In this document: positions 42,573-56,597 of the stretch, piece after piece
How the letters are laid out: each line of letters starts with the position of its first letter
How positions within the stretch are numbered: the stretch's first letter is position 1
Assembly (NCBI GenBank): GCA_012295275.1
Contig: CM022665.1
Coordinates: 12,276,001-12,340,000, forward strand
Reading direction: 5' to 3'
DNA: 64,000 nucleotides
Source: Chrysomallon squamiferum
Lineage: Eukaryota; Animalia; Mollusca
Made by a program: the position numbers and the translations under genes
The notes under the pieces: generated by a model
The model's input: only the letters and a program-made list of their open reading frames with translations
Database searches by the model: none
What the model was told of the DNA's origin: nothing

Positions 42573-45500
42573 AGTACTACATTAATTTATCAATTCATAA
42601 TAAAAACGTCAGGACTTGGTACTTTGTAAAATGTATTTTATATTGATTCAAAATGGGGGGGGAAGATTTCTTTGAAACTAACAACTTCTGAGTTGATAAT
42701 CTTTCATATGAGAAATATTTTCTCCTTTCTAGTTGATTTCATCAGTAGCATTTAGAGAACGTGATGCATGCAAAGCTGTAAGTTGAAACACTCCTGGAAA
42801 GGAAGCATATTGACAGGATATCGTCTTAACCTTGTCTTGAGAGGTATCTGTGAAAGGGTAAATAAGTCTAGTGTTGTTAGTAGTTGGAGATAATGATTCT
42901 GCTTAATACGATGAACTGTACAAATATTAAGTGGCATTATATTTAAATACTCTGAGAACTGTTGAATGATGATTTCAAAATTCCTTCTCTGGATTTAGAT
43001 TGTAACCTTGAATATTAGAATAATATTCAGTATTTTTGTATGTTTATGTTGGATAAATAGTATATACTATTTTCGTTTTATTACAAATAAAATAAAATAA
43101 AAAATCACAAATCGCCTTATTCTTGCCGTTTGTAATGATCGTAAATTGCTTTATAAAGTTTGTTTTTCATCTACATATTATTCATATGATATGGTCATTG
43201 GTATGAAATGATTGCTGTATATAAAAACTCAGCTTTATTTATAGATATTGGTGTTACAGCTTTGCACAGGTGAACAAATTCATCTGAATAGTAATACGGA
43301 ATATAATTTCATGCATGAATGAACTTGATTAATAAACGAGAGGTTTAGGTAGTTTAAAAAGCAAACGTCATTGTTAAAAAGGTTTGTATGTTTATGCAGA
43401 CTGTAGTGGCCTTTACGTATTTTAATATTAAATGAATAAAAATTCATTTAAAACCAGTTGGTATGTATTTTGTGTGCATGTGTATGTAAATCTTAGGGTA
43501 TACTTCGCGAACGTGTGCTCGTGTGAGAAAGAGATAGGAGTTTCGTTAACGAGTGTTTATGTATTTAAAAAAATGTAACGTGACACACGTATAATATGGT
43601 AAAATGAAAATTCAAAACAAATAATATAATGAAAAAAACAAAAACAAAACCAATACAGCAGAGTAACATACACTTTACAACTATTTAATTTTAGCTGGGC
43701 GGTTCAGTATTAAATTGTGTGCACTACAAAGGGGAAGTCTGGTGCAGTGCTGGAAAAGTGTATTGTGATTTATTGACTGTCGTCACACCCATAATAGAAG
43801 AGGTCAAGTATGAAGTATCAGTTTCACATTAGGCCGCTATTGCCCAGATGTTTGTTTTTCGGTGTTTAATTTTTCTAGAAATATTTCTTTCATCCGTATC
43901 TTTAAATTTAAATCTAGTATTCATCTTTTTTCATTACGAGGTGATCATCGTTGGTGTTATGAGGTGGCTCCGGGGTTCAAAGACCCGGGATCCTTGTGCG
44001 TCAGAGCAGTAGTAAGTCATTTCACATTCTGATACTGTCATGACTATTATAACAAAATGCAATGATGCAGTTTCCAGTCCATGGAAATATGTATATACAA
44101 CATTTCATCAAGACTTCATGCAGCTAACGGGAAAAATGTTGCCGATTTTCTCTGCAGCTTATCAGAAATTACAAATGTCCGGCATACAAAGTGTTGTAAA
44201 CCTTAATGTGTTCCACACAGAAAAGAAACGAAATAAATTTACTGACATTGAAAATAGTGTAATTCAGTTTCTGAAGTCTTGTAAAGATTTTGGGATACAT
44301 AGCTGAATTTACAATCTTATTGTATCCTATTCTGAAAACATCTGTTAATAAAAGACGCCAATTATTGGAAGTTAACAAATGCTATTAGTCTAGTGCTTTG
44401 TGTTACCGTATTCACAGCTTGAGAGCATAAATAACATTCCTGAACTTCCCGTGAGAACTCGATCTTGACTATCCTATTATAGATTCAAATAAAATGTCAA
44501 CAGGTCGGACATTTTCTTTTTTTTTCTGAGAAACCAAGCAATTTCTTTTCACATTTTTTAAAAATAATGCATTAGTAAAGTAAGTTTCACGAGTACTTAG
44601 AGAAAATCAAGTGACCCCTTCAAAGATGACAACAATAAAAGGAAAGTAAAGTAAAAATAAAACGAACTAGTACAAGTTTGTCTAACCTCTGACTGCTTCA
44701 TATAATAATTACAAAGTATGTGACTCGAAAGTGAACTAATTAAATGATTTAAGTAGAAGGATTCAAGTGGTTCATTCTGCAAGTATGAATGCTATTTTCT
44801 ACAACTCGGCGAAGTCAAATGTTTGTTCGGATTGTTGATGCATTTTTTTGGATCAACGGGTCATGTATATTTACTACAACAGGCAACAGATGTTTTAGTT
44901 ACCTAGTGTTGTATACATGTTTGATGTTCCATTGTGCAGGTGTGTGCAGGTGTGTGTGTGTGTGTGTGTTTAATTTCATTCACCTATCGACGTTTTATAA
45001 ATTAAATGCAGTAAACGTAATTCAAAATTAAAAATCATATATATTTAATTAAGTATACTGCATTTCATGTATAAATAAAAATAAGGGCTTTAGAAAACGA
45101 CCTCCCTCTCTCTCTTTTGGGACAATCCAGTTGCGACCCTGACAGAGGTCATTAAACTGATATCCTATGGTAATTGGACGTACGCTGTGTTAAGAGGAAA
45201 TTTACTTGTCAGTCATTGCCTTGAGGGCGTTCGCCTTTTAATTCATTTTTAGAAAATGTTTTTGTCATTGCTTTCCATGCATGAGTGATAATCTGTGAAA
45301 AAAACAACATATTTTCAGTACAAATGCATAAACACATACAGTTCGGCTTTATAAAGGTGGATCCAAAATGTGTGTACACCTGCATATTAATTCCGATATG
45401 TCGTAATAGATATGAAAACCCATCTTAATGGAGCCCATAAAATGTAGTTAATGATAGTCCTACTTCTAAATAAAACATGAATATTCAACATCTATTTTGA

Positions 45501-45653
45501 CTAAATTCTTGATTTTTAGTCTCATTTTTTATTATTATTATTTTTTTTTAATTCTTTTAAAAAAAAAAATAATTTATGGACCATAAAGTCAAATAAGCAT
45601 GATCAAATGTCTTCACATTTATTTAATTGTAAATTTGAATGTTTTATTTTCAG

Positions 45654-45811
45654 ATCGCTAAGAAGTATGACCCTCAGTTGGCTAAAGACATTCTTGAATG
45701 GATCAACTTGGTTCTAGAGCACGGAGGTCACAACGACATTAGAGTTGATGCCTCCTCTGGCGACATGAATCATTTCTCAGACCAATTACACAACGGCGTT
45801 GTTTTAGCTAG
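45654..45811 (+). CDS. Myophilin/transgelin-like, coding exon 2 (CH domain N-half)
   Basis: Acceptor ttttattttcag|. IAKKYDPQLAKDILEWINLVL...FSDQLHNGVVLAR shows the KYD...EWI and L.NG.VL CH motifs. Donor AG|gtaac, phase 2. Confidence 0.93.
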
Positions 45812-46788
45812 GTAACGTTAATCGCATTAGCCATCAAACACTAAGAGAACCATGGCAAATATTAAATATTTTAGCAAGCTAGCAATACTGTCTGTTAATA
45901 TTACGTGGTTATATCTAGGCGCATAATTATGTACATCGTATGCCATGCACACGTTTTCTCATACGCGCCGTTATCGTAACACTAACAAAACAAAGCTTGT
46001 GGTGAGGAATTATTACAGTGTTGTATTTATAAAATAATTTTAATGACTAAATATATAGATTATTACATATTAATATTAATACGGAAATGCTGTGCTGTCT
46101 GATATTGATCAATTAGTGGGACACCAGCGGCAACTAAATGTAACATTTTGTTCAAGCTGTATCGTTAACTAACTGTAGTATTGCAAAATGATATCATTTC
46201 TCTCGAAGGTGACAGATGTGGCAGAATTTTATTACCGTATATATGGGCAGCAAAGTACAGTACTGTAAAACACAAATAATGCTGTAATAGTATCTAGCAA
46301 TTAGAAACATTACTAATTACACTGACAGCAATTTAATTAGACGACAGTATAAACGTCGTTACATTTGATCTTTAATGCAAGAGCATTATATCTGCACAGT
46401 TGATATTGTTGAACATCTCGAATACATTTAGCTGGATTTATAAGAATAAACTTGATTCTATGGTACAAATTTTATGAATAGCAGTAAGGTATAAAGCATG
46501 GTGATATGTATATTATGCATGAATAAATTATTGAAAGTACAATAACGTAAACGTACGTTTTATAATGTACTAATAATTATAATGGTAAATGAGAAAAGAA
46601 ATTAAGTAGTCTTGTAGCATTTTTCACTTTAGGTTTTGTTCCACTGCTATTAGTGTTAAAGCCACCAGTGTTAAATCACACATATATTACTTAATAAATG
46701 TTTTTGACATGATTGTATCATGAATATTACCATTAATAATAAATATTCGCCTGTATATTGTTTAAATTATTTTGAATTTGTTTTACAG

Positions 46789-47002
46789 GGTAGCCAATGT
46801 TTTAAAACCAGGATCTGTTCCCGAGGGCAAGTTAAAATCTGCACCAACTATGTCATTTAAACAAATGGAATTGATAGGCCTGGCGATTGACGGCTTCAAG
46901 AAATTCGGCATTCCTGATCACGAAATGTTCGCCACTGTAGACCTTTATGAGAACCAGAATCTGAACCAGGTGTTGTGCACCTTGGCAGCTTGTGGAAGAA
47001 AA
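46789..47002 (+). CDS. Myophilin/transgelin-like, coding exon 3 (CH domain C-half)
   Basis: Acceptor ttttacag|. VANVLKPGSV...FKQME...FGIPDHEMFATVDLYENQNLNQVLCTLAACGRK. Donor AAA|gtatgg, phase 0. Confidence 0.95.
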
Positions 47003-47318
47003 GTATGGGGTTTTAAAATAATAATAATAATATTTTTGATTAAAAGTAGCCTTTTCTTTACTAACATGGTAAATCTTTGTGGTAGCTATTTAAAATGTGA
47101 CATTTGAAGCATCTTTTTATTTCTTTGTTTTAACATTTCTAGTGTCTCTTGCTTCAGTACCTTTAATCTGCATCACGTTATGGATTTAAGTTCCTTCTAA
47201 ATATTTTTAATTTCAAAATTTTTATTATCTTGCCAACTGTTATCATATGTTGAATGTCTTAGTGCAGAATTTGACTTTGAGTTGCGATAAATCAAAGACG
47301 TTTTATTCTGTTTTATAG

Positions 47319-47489
<171 letters not shown>

Positions 47490-50400
47490 AAACATTTCAG
47501 ATTACAAAACCTAATAGATAACACTAAGTGCTGTAGTCTTTTCATTGGCAAAAATACTTTTTCCTGTTGTCACACATAACGTCTTGGAAGGAATGATTAC
47601 GTTTGCAGTGATAAAAACATAAAATGTTATGGAAGATTTTTACATCTTTTCTATGATCAAATTGTTAAATGGATTACCAATTATAAAACTGACCTTCATA
47701 AATTCTTGGCAAAGACTGAAGTATATGAAACATAGTGCTCTTTTATTTAACCATTGAAAATAAATATTTGAAGACTTCCAGTGATGACAAAATCAAACAA
47801 AATATGCAACAGGATTACGGCATAATTTTAGAACCAGGACGGTTTTTATGTTAATATCAATTTTTGGCTTCATTCTAACAATTTGGATAAATTCATGCTT
47901 TTTAGATTAACTAGCTAATCAAGAAGACGTTAGACAAAAAATATCTTATCGTGAAATAATTCACCAATGCCGCTTTTCTTTTCAAAGTTTGCATTAGTAC
48001 ATTATACTATCTGAAAAACTCGCATACACAAAAAACAAAAAACGAAGCCATAAAAGCGTTTATATTAAACGTGAAGGTTTAAAATATTACCTCTGTGCTT
48101 AGCATTGGTAATTTAGGGTTATAATGTTTTTGGACATAACTTTGTACTTAAAACGGTTAAAATGGGATTAATAGTGTTCTAATATCATATTATTTTGAAA
48201 ATATTTTATTTTAGGAAAAGGATGAAAAAAAATCTTTCTTGCAAAAATATTTTTTTATATCTGAAAAAAAAAAGTCAACATTATTTCCGAAGTACTTTAA
48301 CTATTAGTTCGTTATTTTTACTTTCATTTTTATTTGTTTAATATTCTATAACTATGACCTATTAACTGTGCACTAAAGCAATATACATAATATAAACAAA
48401 ATATTTTACCAGACTTAATTCTATTATCATCTACTGCAAATTTACCAACATCAGGACCATAATCAGAACTAAAGATATGAAATATTTGTTTTCATCTTTA
48501 CTTTCATTAAATACAGCATAGCCCGAATAATTTTGATTTTTCATTTTATGTCCAAATTTAATTACTCCATGGAGTTCAGTAAAGTCTTCAAAATAACCAA
48601 TTTATTGACCTATGATGCCTTATTTTAAGTTATGCATCTGTTTTTCAATAATTAACAACCAAACCCCAAGAAAATCACTAATTTATAATTAAGTCGAATC
48701 TTGACTACCTATTAAAGATGGTCCTTGATTCTGATAAAAAATGGGATCAATGTGGAGTCCTCAGCAAATTTCAAATTTTGCTTTTTGTTTTTTGTTGTGG
48801 GTTTTTTGTTTTTATAACATCTTTTTATTATTATTTTTTATTTTTTTTATTTTGCTTGTTTGTTTTAGTCGGTGCACATTATACATGGTTTAGTAAGGAA
48901 ACAATTTATTGAACACAAAATGTGTTAGGCTAAATTTAACTGTAATTTTGTATATTTCTCATTTCTCTCTGGTATTATTAATGTTAACTTGTTTTTGACA
49001 TACTGCAATATGTGGGACCACTGAAGCATAAATACTATATACTAAACCGTATAACTGACAGTAACAATTTGTTGTATGTTAAATCTGTAGCTGTTTATGA
49101 TCTTTGTAAATTTGTTTGATTTTCAAACTTTTTATATTTTTTTTTGAAACGGTTTTATACCAGTTTTCTACGATTACGTTTGGGTAAATCATAATTATTA
49201 ACCATTTCTCAAAACAAAAATAAATATTTTATGAAATTAAATGGTGTTCGTTTTACATTTTTAAACTAATACGCGTATAACAATGCTAAGATTTTAAGTT
49301 TAGTGCCAAGACATTCAGCTGAATAGAACTTCTCACCCCATTTACGTTTTGTCATTTACATTTCACTGGATGGAAAAATTGTTTTTAGAACGTACTTTTG
49401 TTATTCCTGGGTTATTACGACTTTGCTCTGCTATTCGGTTATTATAGAATTGGGCAGACATCTTGTATTTACCACACCAATCACACTGATTTACTATTTA
49501 TTGGAAGATACATGTTAAAGATGGAGACAAGTGTTTTCCTGTTTAATTAAAATTAATGTATAACGTTTCACATATAGCTGATTTTTCATTCAGTTTTTGT
49601 ACAACTACAAGCATTATATTAGTGTACCTGCACTTGTGAAATATTTGACGTTAAATGCCTTATGTTGCCCAACACTGTACAATAAATCGATTTTTTTTTT
49701 TTTTGACCTCTGTAATTTTAGAGGCTACAAACTTTTGAATTTTTAAATCGAGTAGTATTCTCGGTTATTGACATTCTAGAACGATTGTTTTAAATCAGCA
49801 ACATGATTGTGAAAGTCAGTAAGACATTCTTCATAACTAAATAAAACAAATCTATAGTACACGATCTCTGCTGATGCATTTGTATGTGCAAAACGACTTC
49901 AGCGACAATGTTCTAACTGTTCTGGTTGTACAACATCTGAGGGCAAACTACCCCGAGTCCAAACTGAAAACGAACCAATTGCTTATGCAGTAACTGTTTG
50001 CTTTCTGGGAGTGTCAACGTAATTAGAATAACCGTCATTGTTTACTTAGTTTGTTGCATTTATTGTGTGTGAAGGGAAGAGCTTTACTATCATTATCCTT
50101 AACATTTCAAACGAGTCCAAATATATACATCTAGTAAATTATAGTAGCTGACGTTTTGAATCGTATGACTCACTTCAAGGACATAATTAGCACATGCTAA
50201 ATTTATCTAATTATTGCAATACATTTTAATTGCAATGATTATTTAGTAACTTATACTAATCTTGCAGTTTATGACTACGCCTTGTTACAAGAGATTTTTC
50301 GGAATATTTTGCTACAGGTTCCTTTTTTCTTCTTCTGCTATTAGTGCGCATAACAATAGGAAAAACAAAACTGCCTAACGATTATCAAGTCGATAAATGT

Positions 50401-52209
50401 TTCCTTTCGATCGACATGGCTACAGAAAACAATGGCCGATGGGTGCGAAGTTTTTAGTTTAATAATTCTGGAAGGTACGTCGCAAATGCTTCAGTAAGCA
50501 GCAATACGACGACCAAACAGGTATTAGGTTATTTAGCGTGGTCTTCAACGAGGTAATGGAAAAATAAACTGGTGATTTCCCAGCACAAAGATATTTTTTA
50601 TTAGGTTTTTAATAATTTATATCTGAACCAGCAGCCAGGCAATAAACGAAGCAGATTACTGACACAAATTTCAGCTGACAAATCATAGACTTGCAAAATT
50701 ACGAAATTTGGGACATCAACAACTACTGATATCGACTGGGATTTAAACGTCTTTTATCTTAGATTTACAAAGGCGTTCGATACATCTAAAGTAGACTATA
50801 TGCTGGTATGAGTTAACAGCGTAACAGGTTGAGTTAGTTGCTTTTGTTATCTTATGTTAAAGTGACCTTTGCATATTTACTTACCTGCTGATATAATTGC
50901 ATAGCTTTTTTTTCTGTGCTTATCAGATCCCCCCACCCCTTTTAAAACAGCTTCGAGAATTCTACACGGGTTTATTTGAACTGAATGTCACTAGCTACAC
51001 GGGTTAAACTTTAATCGGTCGTTGTTAAATAATAACTTTAGTATTTTGTATTTCAGTTACGTGAAGAAAATCTCCCTTTTATTATAGTACTATATACCCA
51101 CACATTTTACATGCAGCTCTAAAGTTTTTAAAGTAATGTTCATGAAATGTGCAGACAGGGTCTTTAGTAATGTTTAAAAAATCTCGTTATAAAAATCTAG
51201 ATCTTTACAGTGAAAGAGCGGCAAGGAATCGAAAAAAATGAGTTTGGTCCATGGTTTAGGGGCTGAGCATTCCTCAATGGTTTAATTCAAGACGATAGTG
51301 AACACCTTTCTTTGGGAAAGTTTATATTTACTAATACTGTCAGGCGATGGTGACAGCACGGTTCAGTCTCTCGAAAGAATCATGATGATAACTGCATTAA
51401 AATAGATAAGAACCACTGAATATAAATTTTGCACTACAATCAACTTTCACGAGTTCATGACAGGTTCGTTGGTGTATATGAAACATAGTGCTATATGATT
51501 TAATCGTGAACCCCCCCCCCACAAACAACAACAAAAAAAAATGGAAAACTTTTCGAGTAATAACAAAATATACAGCTGGATCATCACAAATTATGGTGCG
51601 GTTTTTGGTTTCGTATTAAACAGTTTAATAAACAGACATTTACAGTAATGAGCCAGACAAAATACCAGTAAAACTTAATTTTTTCTTTATATCAGATTAT
51701 TAATGATTTAGTATACAACTTGAACAATGTTTAAGTATTAAAATACCTCTATCTCTGTTTGTTTCCATATTTTGGGAAATGTTTTGCAATTCTCTTTTTA
51801 TTTTTTGTCGCTAATGAGCATTATCTTGACATTTCACTTTTTCTTTTCCGTCTCAGTTATCTTATCAGAACACATTTAATTTGCAATGCTAATTTTCGTT
51901 AAGTTTTCGTTTTGTAGAGAGGAAAGAAAAAAAAAAAAGGAAAACAAAAAAAAAGGCACTGGAGTCCGAGCATCGATTTACTGAACCATGAGGGAATTTC
52001 TTTTCGAATGTTGTAAATTCTGCTCGTCTCTGAATAGTATTTACGTTTATCAGTTCGGAATCTTTACTTGTTCAATAACAGAATGTCTATATAATTACTG
52101 TATCGTAAAATATTATTGTATAATAATATTTATTTTAAAAAATAATAAGAATAAAAGTAAAACCCACCCTGCTCAGAAAAAAAAAAAAAAAAAAAAAAAA
52201 TCTATGTAA

Positions 52210-52263
<54 letters not shown>

Positions 52264-53348
52264 TTTAAAAAGAAAGAAAAAAGAAGCAAGAATAAATAGA
52301 GACGCAAAAAAGACTTTGTTAAAAACAACCATGCGCTATATATATCACGGCATAGATATAAATATTTTCATGTGACAAACTACAATTCTTAGAAATAAAC
52401 AATGAAATAGTTTAATATCTTTAAAAAAATAATAATAAAAATAATAATAATAACAATAATAACAAACCAAAATCAATTTTGTGAAATGTTAGGGGGAACA
52501 ACTGTATTGACTGTTCTAAAATAGGTTTTAAAGAGTTATAGACCTTTTGAAACTTACTGCATACAAAATTTTAATAATCATTTTATGCTTTCATAATTAT
52601 TATTTACCCCGCTAACTATGCTTTTATAATACTGCAATATAGTTAATAAACATTTATGCTACATTATATTTTAACATTTCTGATTAAAATATTCATAGGC
52701 CTACAAGTAACTGAATAGAATTCGCATCAAGAGTATCACACCATTAATGTGTCTTGGATTACATCCCCTGATACTGAATATCATTAATAATTATTTTTGA
52801 TCTGAACCGTTAGTGGTTTAAAATGAAGATAAACAGACGAATTTAACTTAATCACATAATAATATTTAAATAAATGAATATTTCTTATCCAGAAGAATGA
52901 AACAACGAAAATGACAATGATAATAATAGTAATAACGGTGGTGATGGTGCCCCTACAACTATTTCTACTATCACCACGTTTTATTTGATGAAGTATGAAG
53001 ACGCGATTCCTATTATGAGGTTGTTGTCGCGTTGTATTAGATATTACATATCCCTCAAAATGGTTATTCTCACGTTTTCAACATGAACTGAACATGCAGC
53101 TTTAATGACATCCAATCTATACATTTTTACAACAACAAAAATGGAGAACGGTAATATCAACTATACTACATTTAACGTTCTTGTCGAAACCAGATGCAGT
53201 TTGCTATTCTGTTTTCTTTCTTTTTTTTTTCTTTTTTTTTCTCTGCTTCTTGTCAACTGATATTGCAACATGTAAGAATTATTTGTACGGAGCGGTTCAG
53301 CTGCATGATGAAACTGGATTGTAAAGGTCTTTGTAAAACATTTTAAAA

Positions 53349-54176
<828 letters not shown>

Positions 54177-54304
54177 AAGAAGATAATAATAAGATGAAAC
54201 AAAGGTAAATATTTTAAATTAAAACAATAAAATAGAAAATAATAAAATAAATATAGATTTATTTAAAGGTTAAAAACATATAAAATAATTTAAGAATATT
54301 GGAT

Positions 54305-54310
54305 TTTATT
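54305..54310 (-). terminator. Candidate polyadenylation signal (AATAAA) of the Kazal-like gene
   Basis: tttatt on + strand, about 93 nt past the TAA. The motif is common in AT-rich DNA. Confidence 0.4.
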
Positions 54311-54402
54311 ATATCACTGAAATGTCAAAACACAAACATTGACAGTGTACGGTGGTTTACTTTCTAAAAGTATTATTATTTTTTTACAGTGTCTTTTAAA
54401 GT

Positions 54403-54466
54403 TTAAAAAACAGCACAGCCTGTATAATCGTTCCTTGTAACACGTCTCCCGTCTTCTACGTGTAAA
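54403..54466 (-). CDS. Secreted Kazal-like peptide, last coding exon (Cys6)
   Basis: Minus acceptor gtcttaccttcag|. Phase-2 entry gives (F)LHVEDGRRVTRNDYTGCAVF*, supplying the sixth Cys. Total CDS is 252 nt (83 aa). Confidence 0.8.
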
Positions 54467-54629
54467 CTGAAGGTAAGACTATTTGTGTTCCGCTGATTCA
54501 GCGTAGTGTGTTCTTATAAAGCGTAGGCACCAATAAAGCGGAGCTTCTTCTTCATCTTTTCTGTAAACGTATGGTGTTTAGAAAATGAGTAAGTTATAAG
54601 TGAAGATTTTTGTGTGTTTTTGAGGGGGG

Positions 54630-54783
<154 letters not shown>

Positions 54784-54969
54784 CAATCCTGAATAATCAT
54801 TAAAATAAATTAAACATTGTATAACCGATATTTGACAAATATAATCATGAAGACGAAATTAAAAGATTTAAAATGTATAGGTCTAAATAAATAAATGAAC
54901 GAACGGATGGATAAATAACTAAAGAATAAATAAATAAATAAATAAAGAAATAAATAAAGAAATACTCAC

Positions 54970-55108
54970 AAACAAATAGCATGTTTAAAACTGCAGTAAC
55001 CGAAGACAAATTTTCCAGATTTTAGACAGTACATGTTCATGTCGTAGAAACAGCCTTTTGATTTGCAGTCCACTTTAGTAAGTTTTGTACTCGGCAGTGA
55101 GTAAACTC
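54970..55108 (-). CDS. Secreted Kazal-like peptide, coding exon 2 (Cys1-Cys5)
   Basis: Minus acceptor attaattttcag|. Phase-1 entry reads (G)VYSLPSTKLTKVDCKSKGCFYDMNMYCLKSGKFVFGYCSFKHAIC, giving C-x4-C-x7-C-x10-C-x6-C Kazal spacing. Donor TT|gtgagt, phase 2. Confidence 0.85.
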
Positions 55109-55967
55109 CTGAAAATTAATAATTATTACACCGATAATTTACCAAGATATTTTTTTTAACTGAAAGCCTGTTCTTTTGCAATTATTCATCGTTATTAATT
55201 AAGATAAGGCGAATTTTTTTTTTTTTTTTTTTTAAATTACAAAAAAAAAAAGAAAGAAAAGAAAAATAAACCATAACTTGAAGTTATGCAAAATTTATTT
55301 AGACTCTTTCTTCATAGTATTACCCACACAGATACACTTTAACGAAGCAATAAATTCGGAGATTTGATCTTTCGACCTGTCGTGCTTCACCTCTGCTTTC
55401 TAACCTATACCTGCTGTATTTTTATTAATGATTTTACGAGAGTCGTAAGTCGGTGTGGTCAGTCCGCGGACCTGTTTTCAGATCAAATAAACACGCTGAA
55501 TCTCAAATGCACTGACTGACAAGTTAGCACATACCATGTCTTTTAGCAAATTATACGTGGGATACTGGTTGGAATGAGAACTCAGCATTTTTGATTAGAT
55601 TGAAATGTTAAAAGTAAAGATAAAGTCATTTTGCACTACTGACTACATTTTGCCAATATTAAGCTTGCGTAAACAGTTTAACTGCTTTTAGTTCTAATTG
55701 TTCACGAATTTAGTTTATCAGTTCTGAAATTCAGATGCCAAAATTGCCTTAAATAGAAAATATCTAAATTGAACAATTACGTAGCGGAAATAATATATCG
55801 AATTTCTCTTTAAAGTAAAACGTAATTGCACTGAAGTGGAGAAAATGATGAAATATTTGTCATGTAATGACTGCATTACATTGGAGTTCATGTCATAAGT
55901 ATTGTTAAGTTGATTCATTGTAATACTCCCGTTTAGAACAAACAGCACTTGGTCTGTATGACAGAAA

Positions 55968-56024
<57 letters not shown>

Positions 56025-56404
56025 CCAAGTAAATACGTAAGTAAGTTAAGAAATAAATAAAGGAATAAATAAATACATAAATAAATAAATAAATAAATAA
56101 GCAAGCAATTACGTAAGTAAATTAAGAAATATACTAACGAATAAATAAATAAATAAATAAGCAAGTAAATACGTAAGTAAATAAATAAGTAAGTATCACA
56201 TTTTCGCTGATTAGTTGGAACAGGTCTAAGTTGTTTTACAATATTTCATTACTCCAGTCCCACTGTATAGAAAAACAGGTCAAATGGCAAGACTGTACAG
56301 ATTCCCTTGCTCAAACAGTCGACACACAGTGTCACAGTAACTGGTATCGCGTCTTTGTAACAGTATTAATAAGTTGTTGTTGTTGTTTTTTCATTTTTTA
56401 AAAA

Positions 56405-56447
<43 letters not shown>

Positions 56448-56548
56448 TTTTTGTTGTTGTTGTTGTTGTTTTTGTCATTATTTCATAATCCACAATGATA
56501 CTATAAAAACAGCAGAAACCCTAGATGAAAAGTTACGTTTTCACTTAC

Positions 56549-56597
56549 CATTGACTGCGATCAGCAACATTAACAGAAAGTGACATATTCTAATCAT
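56549..56597 (-). CDS. Secreted Kazal-like peptide, coding exon 1 (signal peptide MIRICHFLLMLLIAVN)
   Basis: On the minus strand: acceptor ttttctattcttttattattctcgttttag| (exon starts 56606), aacaacATG, hydrophobic signal-peptide core, donor G|gtaagt, phase 1. Confidence 0.82.

Noticed and set aside
55535-55564. 30-nt minus-strand pseudo-exon with good splice signals inside the Kazal-like gene
   Set aside because: In the required phase 1 it contains an immediate TAA. At most a poison exon, with no evidence.
55718-55953. Alternative phase-1 acceptor giving DQVLFVLNGSITMNQ... as exon 2 of the signal-peptide gene
   Set aside because: AT-rich, no recognisable domain. The 55108 acceptor gives a clean signal cleavage site and a complete six-cysteine framework.
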